Assembly: GCA_964016885.1 (NCBI GenBank)
Contig: OZ024755.1
Span: 36,208,001 to 36,272,000, forward strand
From: Eledone cirrhosa
Taxonomy: Eukaryota
Direction of reading: 5' to 3'
Length of the DNA: 64,000 nt
A program made the position numbers and the translations under genes. The notes below the pieces were generated by a model that did not search any database, was not told the DNA's origin, and saw nothing but the letters and a program-made list of their open reading frames with translations. Below are positions 25,804 through 37,506 of this stretch, one piece after another (the stretch's first letter is position 1; each line of letters starts with the position of its first letter).

Positions 25804-26974
25804 CTAGCAAAAAAACCACCCTTATGGTGTTTTTTTTCTGCTAGCATGTGTAGTGTGCATATTGATATTATATGCAAATATATATGGATTTAGATATGAT
25901 ACGGCAAATGAAATCGTAGTTGACAATATCCACAGAAATTGAACAAAGTCTGTGTTACACTGTCTTCTGTAATCAGTAACATAATCCATGATACATTATA
26001 AAAAAGATGATATTATACATGAACTGTATATATAATAAACTAAAATGTTATGAAAACGGAAAAGGAGAAAATTAGTGAGAGAAACATAAACCTTATATAA
26101 CTGTTTCTACTTTTGGCACAAGGCCAGCAATTACCCAGTTGGTACTTTATTTTATCGACCCCGTAAGGATGAAAGGCAAAGTTAACCTCAGCGGGATTTG
26201 AACTCAGAATGGCAAGGGCCGTAACTCTATGCGTCAAAGCATGGCGTCCGACCCTCTACCGATACTGCCAATCCACCTCCCTAATAATTGTTTCTACTTT
26301 TGGCACAAGGCCAGCAATTACCCAGTGCATTACTGGTACTTTATTTTATCGACCCCGTAAGGATGAATGGCAAAGTTAACCTCGGCGGGATTTGAACTCA
26401 GACCATAAAGGGCTGTAACTCTTTGCTATAAAGCATGGCGCCTGACCCTCTACCGATACTAACGATGCAAATATATGAATGTTTATATAAGTGATGTGAT
26501 ATAGTGTTATGATATAATTGTTTCTAGTTTAGGCACAAGGCCAGCAATTACTCAGTGTATTACTGGTACTTTATTTTATCGACCCCGTAAGGATGAAAGG
26601 CAAAGTAAACCTCGGCGGGATTTGAACTCAGACCGTAAAGGGACGTAACTATGCTGGAAAGCATGGTGTCCGACTCTCTACCGATACTGCCAATCCACTG
26701 CCCTTAATCATCTCATTTCTACAGCTGTGTTATGATATAATGGGCACTAACCGGAAGTGTTGACATCTGAAAATTTTAAAGAAGTGAATCTTAAAATAAG
26801 CGATACTTTATATATAAGAATATTTCTGTTTAATCAAGAGCTACGAAATTTAGTAGATAAAATACATAACATTCTTTCCTGATTTATTCAGAGTAATCCA
26901 ACTTATTTTACTAATGGAATAAAATGTTATAAAAAGGACACTGTCCCACACTCCTTCCTTTATTATATTATAGA
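25804..26974 (-). mobile_element. Full-length non-autonomous Helitron (family 2) with three nested SINEs
   Basis: Minus strand A|TC...hairpin-CTAG|T termini; SINEs at about 26100-26460 (two) and 26515-26705. Confidence 0.75.
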
Positions 26975-27857
26975 TTCACTAATCCCACCTTTATCCTCGT
27001 AAACCCCAAGTCTGTGTAAACTGTAATGTCCCATTCATCTGGGGGAGTGAACGTATAAGTCAACTAAATCAACACCAATACATTACTGGTACTTTATTTT
27101 ATCGGCCCCAATAGGATGAAAGACAAAGCTAACCTCAGCAGGATTTGAACTCAGAATACTAAGAGCTGCACCAAATACTGCTAAACATGTATCCACTGCT
27201 CTAACAACTCTGCCTATCCAAGACCATACAATAATGATTTCTACTTCAGGCACAAGGCCAGCAATTTAGGGAGGGGGGGAAGTTGTTTCAATCGACTCCA
27301 GAGTCTATTACTGGTACTTTATTTTATCGACCCCGTAAGGATGAAAGGCAAAGTTAACCTCGGCGGAATTTGAACTCAGACTGTAAGGGCCATAACTCTA
27401 TGCTACAAAGCATGGTGTCTGATGCTCTACCGATTCTGCCAATCCACATAATGATAATGGTTTGTGATTTAGGCAGAGGTCTAAGAATTTGGGGGAGGGA
27501 AAGTCAAATCGACCCCAATGCATTACAGGTGCTTTATAATATCAACAATGTAAGTATGATTAAAAAAAGTAACCTTGGTGGGATTTGAACACAGAGTGTA
27601 AATGGCCAGGGTTCAACTCCCGCCAAGGTTAGCTTTGCCTTTTATTCATTTGGGGGTTGCTAAAAATAAAGTGCCCATAATACATTGGGGTTGGTTTAAT
27701 TGACTTTCATTTTCCCTTGAAATTGTGGGCCTTGTGCCAAAAGGAAAACACATTTTTATCTTCTTTTCTGTACTCAGCATTTCCTTGTCCTCCAGTATTT
27801 TGAGTGCTCAATATCAAGCTGAGTTGTCTCCCACCACCTTTCATATGGTTCTTGTTG

Positions 27858-28083
27858 GACCACTGGGTAAAGAAGTTCCAAGAAATCCCAGTAGAAGGAA
27901 GACGCAGTCGAGGAAGACCACGAAAAACATGGGCGGAGGTGGCGAGAGCTGACCTCAGATCGCTGAAGCTCACGGAGGAGATGATGAAGGACCGTAACGA
28001 ATGGAGAGATGCTGTGCTGAATAGGACCCGTCCCACACTTGCAAGCAGGGAAAAGCAGACGTGTGATGATGATGATGATGATT
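27858..28083 (+). mobile_element. RTE LINE 3' end
   Basis: WVKKFQEIPVEGRRSRGRPRKTWAEV..RPTLASREK plus (GAT)n. Confidence 0.9.
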
Positions 28084-28136
28084 GTTGGACTAAGTAACCA
28101 AGCCTTCTCTACAGTCAGGAAATTCACCTCTATATA

Positions 28137-28480
28137 TGGAGGCACTTGGATTAGTGGTTAGAGCATTGGACTTTCAATCGAAAGGTTGTGAGTTCAATTC
28201 TCAGACCGGGTGGTGTGTTGTTTCCTTGAGCAAGACACTTTATTTCACATTGCTCCAGTTTACTCAGCTGTAGAAATGAGATGATAGGGACTGGGGTCCA
28301 TATCATACCACTGCAAAGTGGCCGTGGAGGTGCCACGGCAAAAAAGCACCCAGCACTCACTCTAAATGAGGTTGGTGTTAGGAAGGGCATCCAGCTGTAG
28401 AAATCAAACCAGAATCAGTTCCCGTCCCACCCTTGCAAGCAGGGAAAAGCGGGCGTAAGACGACGACGACGATGATGATA
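28137..28480 (+). mobile_element. CORE-SINE head joined to RTE-tail SINE (inverted duplicate at about 48590-48925)
   Basis: Same junction in both copies; track ORFs 28151(-) and 48670(+) are nearly identical. Confidence 0.8.
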
Positions 28481-28623
28481 CCAAAACCTTCAACCAGCCA
28501 TTTTAAATTGTGGATCTTTGTACAATTTTGGATGATAACAATATTGGAACAATTCCAGATTCTCAGCAACTTACTATTTTAGGTCTTGCTACTTTTATAT
28601 TTCCTTGTTCTTTGTCTACCTCA

Positions 28624-29054
28624 ATAAAATATCACATACTGACCACAACCATCAAAATAAGATATTATCAGGTTCTGCAGTTCACCAAACCGTAATTCCA
28701 TTAGTAAGTAACTACTTAATTTTGAACACTTTTGCATATCTTCCTCATCTCTCTCTCTCTCTCTCTCTCTATTCCTCACCCACCCACCCACCCACACACA
28801 CACACTCTCTCTCTCTCTCCTCACCCACCAACCCACACACTCACTCTCTCTCTCTCTCTCTCTCTTTCTTTCTCTACTCACACACCCTAGATAATTCAAA
28901 GTACTCCCATACAACCAATTATCAAGTATTTCTCCATTTATTCTAACATATTAATTCACATTATAGAACATACTTGCACACCTGCTCCCCATATGGTTCT
29001 CATGTTTCAGATAAGGTGGTTTAAGGTACCAAACACACTTAAACTCTTATTGAC

Positions 29055-29085
<31 letters not shown>

Positions 29086-30107
29086 TTAGCCACTCAAAAA
29101 TCAATGAGTCATTTTGACTAGTGTCTTTTTATGCTGAAGAAAAACAATGAAAGCTGGGCTGTAAAATTCACCTTCAAAAGAAAAATAGCTGTAAGGAACA
29201 GAACCATTTGAATCCAGTGTGGATATTTTAAAGAAATAGATTTTACAATATCTAATTAATTAGCAATACAAAACAGAATACCTTTAGCTTCTTTAATAAG
29301 TTTACTCAGTGATTCTAAAATCATTTGTTTAACTTTTTTTTATCATATTTCTTCAGAAAGATTATTGTTTATTATTTTCAGATAATTTTGTAGATAATGA
29401 AGTATTTGAGGGGTTTAATAATACAACTAACTTTTTCATTATTAAGTTGCTATTACAAACATAATTTAACAAAGGTTCTTACATAAAAATATATTGGAAA
29501 ATGTTTAGATAGATATGAAAATCAATCAACATATCCTAGCCCTCAATTTGCTTATTGAGTGGGATGGAGCTTGTCAAATTGGACCAAGGAAACAATGTTT
29601 CCATTGGACTTTCCTATTGCTAATACAATCTGCCGGTTGCTAATCCAGGTAGAAAAAATATTTTAAAACAGTTTTTGTATCATAAACTTGGGGTTAGTTT
29701 CATGCAGTTGGGTATCCAAAGGGTTAATTCTCACTATATAAAGACACATCAGTCAAGAAATAGTATGGCGCTATAGTATAGTACTATAGTATGTTACTAT
29801 AGTAACCTGGGGTTAGTTTCATGTAGTTGGGTATCCAAAGGGTTAATTCTCACTATTCTAAGATTTTCTATGTTTCATTTTAAAATGTTTCCCTAAATTA
29901 TTGGTTGACTCCCAGATTCTGCTAGTTGCCACATTATCATGGAGGTTAAAGACACATCAGTAAATAGTACGGTGCTGTACTATAGTACTATAGTATGTTA
30001 ATATAGTATGTTACTATAGTAACATACTATAGTGATATACTATAGCAACATACTATAGTATGGTACTATAGTACTCTAGCCTAGTATATCACTATAGTAT
30101 GTTACTA
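28624..30107. repeat. Segmental duplication arm C (inverted copy at about 43912-44955)
   Basis: Reverse-complement match, with about 29104-29680 absent from the right copy. Confidence 0.9.
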
Positions 30108-30704
30108 TCATCCTTACAGGGTTGATAAAATAAAGTACTAGTAATACACTGGGATATTTGCTGGCCTTGTGCCAAAAGTAGACACATTATTATTGGTGGA
30201 TTGGCAGTATCGGTAGAGGGTCGGGCTCCATGCTTTGATGCATAGAGTTACGGCCCTTGCCATTCTGAGTTCAAATCCCGCTGAGGTTAACTTTGCCTTT
30301 CATCCTTATGGGGTCGATAAAATAAAGTACCAGTAATACACTGGGATAATTGCTGGCCTTGTGCCAAACGTAGAAACAATTATTATTATTAGACTCTGCT
30401 TTGTTCTACACCTCTATACTTACTGGAAACTATGCATAGAGTGCTCACTCTGGCGATCCTACAGTAACTGGATGTTACATTCCATATATATATATATAGG
30501 TTTGTATACTTTCTCGTACGTATATATGCTTGTATTTCATGTTTGTGCGTGTATATTTGTATGTGTGTTTGCACATATGTATGGTGTGTGTATGTGTACT
30601 TTGGGTTTTGGTATATGTACGTTTGGTGAACATGTGTTTTTACCATGTGTGTGCGTGTGTTATGTATGTATTTATGTGTGCATATTTATATACGTTTATA
30701 TAAT

Positions 30705-32190
30705 TATATGTATACACATATACACACACACACATATATTTTTTTATATGTGTATTTGGTGTATACGTTTGTATGTGTGTGGGTATATGTATACACATAT
30801 ACACACACATATTTTTTTATATGTGTATTTGGTGTATACGTTTGTATGTGTGTGGGTATATGTATACACATATACACACACACATATATTTTTTTATATG
30901 TGTATTTGGTGTATACGTTTGTATGTGTGTGGGTATATGTATACACATATACACACATTTTTTTATATGTGTATTTGGTGTATAGGTTTGTATGTGTGTG
31001 GGTATATGTATACACATATACACACACACATATATTTTTTTATATGCGTATTTGGTGTATACGTTTGTATGTGTGTGGGTATATGTATACACATATACAC
31101 ACACATTTTTTTATATGTGTATTTGGTGTATGCGTTTGTATGTGTGTGGGTATATGTATACACATATACACACACACATATTTTTTTATATGTGTATTTG
31201 GTGTATACGTTTGTATGTGTGTGGGTATATGTATACACATATACACACATTTTTTTATATGTGTATTTGGTGTATACGTTTGTATGTGTGTGGGTATATG
31301 TATACACATATACACACATATTTTTTTATATGTGTATTTGGTGTATACGTTTGTATGCGTGTGGGTATATGTATACACATATACACACACATATATTTTT
31401 TTATATGTGTATTTGGTGTATACGTTTGTATGTGTGTGGGTATATGTATACACATATACACACATATATATTTTTTAATATGTGTATTTAGTGTATACGT
31501 TTGTATGCGTGTGGGTATATGTATACACATATACACACACACATTTTTTTATATGTGTATTTGGTGTATACGTTTGTATGTGTGTGGGTATATGTATACA
31601 CATATACACACATTTTTTTATATGTGTATTTGGTGTATACGTTTGTATGCGTGTGGGTATATGTATACACATATACACACACATATATTTTTTTATATGT
31701 GTATTTGGTGTATACGTTTGTATGTGTGTGGGTATATGTATACACATATACACATACACATATATTTTTTTATATGTGTATTTGGTCTATACGTTTGTAA
31801 GTGTGTGGGTATATGTATACACATATACACACATATTTTTTTATATGTGTATTTGGTGTATACGTTTGTATGTGTGTGTGTATATGTATACACATATACA
31901 CACATATATATTTTTTTATATGTGTATTTAGTGTATACGTTTGTATGCGTGTGGGTATATGTATACACATATACACACACACATATTTTTTTATATGTGT
32001 ATTTGGTGTATACGTTTGTATGTGTGTGGGTATATGTATACACATATACACACACACATATATTTTTTTATATGTGTATTTGGTGTATACGTTTGTATGT
32101 GTGTGGGTATATGTATACACATATACACACACACATATATTTTTTTATATATGTATTTGGTGTATACGTTCATATGCGTGTGGGTATATG
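30705..32190. repeat. ~20 x 72-78-bp minisatellite
   Basis: Unit tttttttatatgtgtatttggtgtatacgtttgtatgtgtgtgggtatatgtatacacatata(ca)n. Confidence 0.95.
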
Positions 32191-32380
32191 TGTCGCGCGG
32201 GTTTACGCACGTATGCGCGTGTTTATGTGTACGTGCATGTACATACATTGCGTGTGTTTTCGCATATGCACGTGTATGTATGTATATAGATGCGTGTATG
32301 TATATATTTAATTATTGTTGATTTTAATAACCTCTGTCATTTTCGTTCTACTAATTTATTTACATTATTCTTAACTCTGA

Positions 32381-33304
32381 GGGTGGTGGATTGACAGTGT
32401 TGGTAGAGGGTCGGACGCCATGGGTGGTGGATTGGCAGTATCGGTAGAGGGTCGGACGCCATGGGTGGTGGATTGGCAGTGTTGGTAGAGGGTCGGACGC
32501 CATGGGTGGTGGATTGGCAGTATCGGTAGAGGGTCGGACGCCATGGGTGGTGGATTGGCAGTGTTGGTAGAGGGTCGGACGCCATGGGTGGTGGATTGGC
32601 AGTGTTGGTAGAGAGTCGGACGCCATGGGTGGTGGATTGGCAGTGTTGGTAGAGGGTCGGACGCCATGGGTGGTGGATTGGCAGTGTTGGTAGAGGGTCG
32701 GACGCCATGGGTGGTGGATTGGCAGTGTTGGTAGAGGGTCGGACGCCATGGGTGGTGGATTGGCAGTGTTGGTAGAGAGTCGGACGCCATGGGTGGTGGA
32801 TTGACAGTGTTGGTAGAGAGTCGGACGCCATGGGTGGTGGATTGGCAGTGTTGGTAGAGGGTCGGACGCCATGGGTGGTGGATTGGCAGTATCGGTAGAG
32901 GGTCGGACGCCATGGGTGGTGGATTGGCAGTGTTGGTAGAGGGTCGGACGCCATGGGTGGTGGATTGGCAGTGTTGGTAGAGGGTCGGACGCCATGGGTG
33001 GTGGATTGGCAGTGTTGGTAGAGAGTCGGACGCCATGGGTGGTGGATTGACAGTGTTGGTAGAGAGTCGGACGCCATGGGTGGTGGATTGACAGTGTTGG
33101 TAGAGAGTCGGACGCCATGGATGGTGGATTGACAGTGTTGGTAGAGAGTCGGACGCCATGCTTTCCAGCATAGTTACGTCCCTTTACGGTCTGAGTTCAA
33201 ATCCCGCCGAGGTTTACTTTTCCTTTTATCCTTATAGAGTCGATAAAATAAAGTACCAGTAATGCATTGGGTAATTGCTGGCCTTGACCCTAAAAATAGA
33301 AACA
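32381..33304 (+). mobile_element. tRNA-SINE with its first 41 bp repeated 19 times, 17-bp TSD
   Basis: Array 32381-33160, then a normal body; TSD attattcttaactctga at 32364-32380 and 33305-33321. Confidence 0.92.
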
Positions 33305-33840
33305 ATTATTCTTAACTCTGAAGCTGAGAATCATCCGGTTTCCTAAAGAGAATATTAGCCTACGACTTCATTTATACCATAAATGTGGTTTTGTCTTTGC
33401 ACGTAATTGTCGTCATCGCTCCACATAATGACGTATTATCTTCGCTTTTTTCCGTTCTTTGCCAGGGATTGTCTCACGAACCAAAGTATCGTCTTCCTGT
33501 TTACCTTCAGTTACAACATTTTTCGAAATATTTACTTCTGCGTTCACAGATTGATTTTTTTTTAGTTTCAGAAGATCCCGTTAAGAGTGAAAGCAGTGAT
33601 TCTTTGCTTAAACTTTAATTTGTTATTTTAATAAATATATATATATATCATTCCACTGTAAAGTGGTCGTGGAGATGCCATGGCAAAAATGTACCCAGCA
33701 CTCACTGTAAATGAGGTTGGTGTTAGGAAGGGCATCCAGCTGTAGAAATCAAGCCAGAATCAGTTCCCGTCCCACCCTTGCAAGCAGGGAAAAGTGGACG
33801 TAAAATGAAATGATGATGATGAAAATGATATATATATATA

Positions 33841-34054
33841 GCAAAAGAATGAAGAATAACATGGTTGGCTGTACAATAGGGTTTATTTACAGTATTAACA
33901 ATTGTTTCATTAGTCCGGTGTGTCTAAAAGTCACTGATCGTTAGAAATTATGTCACTCGAACTTAATTACAGTCAATACTCGACCAAATCATCAGAATAC
34001 TGGTTTGTGTACTCCCAACCTCTAGCTGGATTACCTTAAACGATACCGTGTTAT

Positions 34055-34056
<2 letters not shown>
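33841..34056 (-). mobile_element. PLE terminal fragment in (TA)n
   Basis: TA arrays on both sides; contains a hammerhead. Confidence 0.7.
33890..34002 (-). ncRNA. Type I hammerhead ribozyme with extended stem II
   Basis: cagtatt-CTGATGA-t-ttggtc...gactaa-t-GAAA-caattg-TT-aatactg; 7-bp stem I. Confidence 0.8.
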
Positions 34057-34104
<48 letters not shown>

Positions 34105-34187
34105 AAAGTTTTATTTAAAATTGTTGGGTTACAAGTAAATATTTTATAACTGATATAAAGCACTCAACAAGTTTTGAAGTTAATATC

Positions 34188-34236
<49 letters not shown>

Positions 34237-34240
<4 letters not shown>

Positions 34241-34458
34241 GAACGATAGACTTTCGTCAAATCAGACCGAGGGAACAATGTTTCCGTTGGTCTTTCCAAT
34301 TGCTAATACTATCTATCGGTCGCAACTCCAGGTAGAAGGAGCAACGTGAAATAAAGGGTCTTGCTCAAGGACATAACGCATCACCTGGTCCAGGAATCGA
34401 ACTCACAACCTTACGATTGTGAATCCAATTCCCTAACCACTCAGCCACACGCCTTCAC
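34237..34458 (-). mobile_element. CORE-type SINE with a distinct 3' tail ending at (TA)n
   Basis: B-box gagttcgattcc and a CORE-like segment; inverted counterpart at 48228-48449. Confidence 0.8.
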
Positions 34459-34471
34459 ATATATATATATA

Positions 34472-34786
34472 TCACGATAAATTAACGGAGCCACAGACTC
34501 TCGTTATTCCCTGTAAATTATGTGCTCAAAGGAAAAGGAATCCTGAGCTCTTTAAAAATCATGTGCCATCAATAAAACAGGGAAAACCACCGGTGTATGG
34601 ACCATAGGTTATAGATTCCATACAGCGGTGGTTTTCCCTGTTTTATTGATGGCACACGATCTTTCTCTCCCTCTAGTGTGTACCCTTTCAACATATTGTG
34701 TTTTAAAAAGCTCAGGATTCCTTTTCCTTTGAGCGCATAATTTACAGGGAATAACGAGAGTCTGTGGCTCCGTTAATTTATTGTGA
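34472..34786. mobile_element. ~315-bp fold-back element in (TA)n
   Basis: Arms of about 130 bp around a 15-nt loop (34602-34616); the right arm has about 40 extra bases. Confidence 0.75.
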
Positions 34787-34794
34787 TATATATA

Positions 34795-35294
34795 AATTGA
34801 CCCGCGTGCATATTATTTTATTTTATTGTGTTTTGCGATGACCTCCCCTTTCCACTTGATGACAGTGTGAAATTTCTCATTCTGAGACTGCTGGAATTTC
34901 AAATTTGGCGGTCATTCTGACACAGAAGGTGACCATCGCTGAACATTGGATATCGGTAAGAACATTTTTTTTATATCGATGTTTGACGGGCATCCACTGA
35001 TGATTTATAAGTGCCCACCTGCATATATTCCTACGGACTATGTGTAGGCTTCTACATAACCTGGACATAATTTTCCCAACTTGTAGAAAACTTATAATGA
35101 AACAATTGTTTGGAAAGGGAGATATATTTTAATTATGTCTCATATAAAATAATACAACTGGCTATCCGCAAAATACATATATTAGCACCCCAAACGTAAA
35201 ATTGGGATTATACTAAGGTATATCCTAATGTTTGTTGAGTGAGATGGAAGCCAGTCAGAGTATTGCTTAAAGCTTTCTCTGTTAGTGTATTAAA
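34795..35294 (+). mobile_element. PLE terminal fragment in (TA)n
   Basis: Bounded by TA runs; contains a hammerhead. Confidence 0.7.
34993..35114 (+). ncRNA. Type I hammerhead ribozyme with branched stem II
   Basis: tcca-CTGATGA-t-ttataagt...acttataa-t-GAAA-caattg-TT-tgga; internal helices cctgcatata/tatgtgtagg and ttctaca/tgtagaa. Confidence 0.8.
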
Positions 35295-35311
35295 TATATA
35301 TATATATATAT

Positions 35312-36700
35312 TTAATTGGTATCTTTATTTTGAACTCTTTGAGTCGGAAAATTCCTCAACTTCGCGGTGGAATTTATCGTGACGATGGACTCGTTACTAT
35401 CTTAAATTGCAATATAGTTAACCTTAATATTATTAAGAACAATATACGTAATCTCTTTAACCAACATAACCTAAAAATTGAATTTGATAACAGTATCAAA
35501 CTAGCTAATTTCTTAGATGTATCTCTTAATCTTGACACTGGCCTATATTACACTTACCATAAAAACAATGAGAACCTAAATTATGTTAACTTTAAATCTA
35601 ACCATCCTACCAATATCAAGAATGCTATAGTTAGTAATATTGGAAAAAGAATATCTAACATATCTTCTAATAAAAACATCTTTGATGCTAACGCCAATTA
35701 CTATAATAACGCACTTTCTAAAGCCGGCTATCCTGATAAAATCAAATATAGTAAAGAAACAAATTCTAGAAAAACTTACAGTAGAATAATTAATCATGAT
35801 CATTCCAATAACTTTAATAAAAGACCTAGATACAAAAACATAATCTGGTATAATGCTCCTTTCTCCATCTCTATTAATAACAATATTCCTAAATTATTCT
35901 TTAGTGCCTTAAATAAATGCTTCCCTCCCTCACATATCTATAGTAAAATATTTAACAAACACACCATAAAATTTTCTTATTCTACATCCTCCAATATTTC
36001 CAACATTATCTCTAAACACAACAATAAAATACTAAATACTAAATCTCTTCCTTCCAACACTGAATTTCATAATAACAGTAATAGTACTCCCGACGTCATT
36101 GTAAACCCGAGGCTAATTTCTGTAAACCCAAATACAACGTCAAACACAACTTCGCTAAATGTTCATAATCCAACTCTAAATCAAGAAACTATTATTCCTA
36201 TCGCAAACAACTTCTCCAATCCAATTCCTTCTATAGATAACACTAGGTCACTCATTAATAATCTCTCTAATTGCAACTGCCGCATTAAAAATAAATGTCC
36301 TCTCAACAACCATTGTCTTGATAAAAACTTAATTTATGAATGTAAAATTATAACTAGCACCAATTCCTTCACCTATTTTGGCTCCACTTCCACCTCTTTT
36401 AAAGCTCGTCTCTATAATCATCATTCATCTTTTAAATACAAACTTAAAAGAACCAACACGGCTCTCTCAGAACTCATATGGTCCTTGAAAGACAAAAACA
36501 TTAAATGTACCATCTTTTGGAAGAAGGTTTCTTCTGCGTCTTCATACTTGAACAGCTCTCTATCTAAAATCTGTAATCTCTGCCTAAATGAAAAATTTAC
36601 CATTATCTCTAATCTAGATTCTATAATAAATAGACGTACAGATTTGTTTTCTATCTGCTTGCATAAATTCCATAAGACTTTTCACAAAGTATACAGCTAA
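35312..36700 (+). CDS. PLE polyprotein C-terminal part: reverse transcriptase (YRDD) plus GIY-YIG endonuclease, no true start
   Basis: GIYRDDGL, NFLDVSL, SNHP, IIWYNAPFS, CNCR..CPL..C..LIY..YFGST..FKARLYNH..CNLCLNEK; uninterrupted frame. Confidence 0.92.
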   Translation, partial: LIGIFILNSLSRKIPQLRGGIYRDDGLVTILNCNIVNLNIIKNNIRNLFNQHNLKIEFDNSIKLANFLDVSLNLDTGLYYTYHKNNENLNYVNFKSNHPTNIKNAIVSNIGKRISNISSNKNIFDANANYYNNALSKAGYPDKIKYSKETNSRKTYSRIINHDHSNNFNKRPRYKNIIWYNAPFSISINNNIPKLFFSALNKCFPPSHIYSKIFNKHTIKFSYSTSSNISNIISKHNNKILNTKSLPSNTEFHNNSNSTPDVIVNPRLISVNPNTTSNTTSLNVHNPTLNQETIIPIANNFSNPIPSIDNTRSLINNLSNCNCRIKNKCPLNNHCLDKNLIYECKIITSTNSFTYFGSTSTSFKARLYNHHSSFKYKLKRTNTALSELIWSLKDKNIKCTIFWKKVSSASSYLNSSLSKICNLCLNEKFTIISNLDSIINRRTDLFSICLHKFHKTFHKVYS

Positions 36701-37506
36701 TATTCAATTCTTTATCAATTTAGAATCTTTTCTCAAAGGCACATATACATACACCTCTTTTAAAATATACCCATCTTCCTACCTTACTTCAAAGGGTATT
36801 ATACACTCTATAATACTTGTTTACTCATTACCCTCACTCTATCTTCACCTTGTAAAATCCTTCGTAACATATACATTTGTTTTTGACGCTAGATTATTCA
36901 TCCTTAATTTATTATATTTTTTTCTCCCCATCATCTAACTCATTCTTAATACATATTAACTCTTTCTTCGCACATATTATCAATTCTTTCAATATACAAA
37001 CCTTAACTTCACATTATTTTTCTCAAATCCTTCAATACAGAAACCTTAATAATTTTTTCTCTTCGTTAATTTTCAAATTTCCATAATACTTGTAAACATA
37101 CACACAATTTTTTTTGACGTTAGAATATTCATCCGCAATACATTATTCTTTTCTGTCTATCATCAAACTTTTTAATCTCAATACATATTAACTCCCTCTC
37201 CTTCTTCGTACATATTTTCCCTTCGTTAATTTTCAAATTCTTTTAATTTATACATTATCTTCCAACGGTTTTCAACCTCTCTATGTAAAACAATATATCT
37301 TTTCTCAGTTATAAAAACTATCTCTTTCTCTCTATCACCCATCTCTCCCTCTCCACCTTCACTCTCATCTCCTCCACTTTTTTTCATCCTTTTCACTAAA
37401 CAAAATATTTTCTCAATATCACACATCAATCTAAAATTACTTTTCATATGTTAATTTAAAACTGCACTATCCACAAGTGTTTTTTAGCCTTCATATCATG
37501 TCCTCC

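Noticed and set aside
28583-28710. Plus-strand exon (ttttag|...|gtaagt) phase-compatible with 22928-23110
   Set aside because: The paralog has two stops in that frame and the opposite strand gives an equally protein-like alignment; the splice signals could be chance. RNA-seq would be needed.
29960-30107. TACTATAGTA palindromic micro-repeats as a regulatory array
   Set aside because: Low-complexity slippage product; the second occurrence at about 43912-44330 is just the duplicated block.
30361-32321. Long Cys/Tyr/Val ORFs
   Set aside because: Minisatellite open in many frames on both strands.
32381-33160. CRISPR-like regular array
   Set aside because: The units are contiguous with no unique spacers and match the SINE head; eukaryotic context and no cas genes.
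36270-36700. Selenocysteine recoding in the Naiad-like endonuclease
   Set aside because: No in-frame TGA; the Cys codons are TGT/TGC and the ORF ends in TAA.
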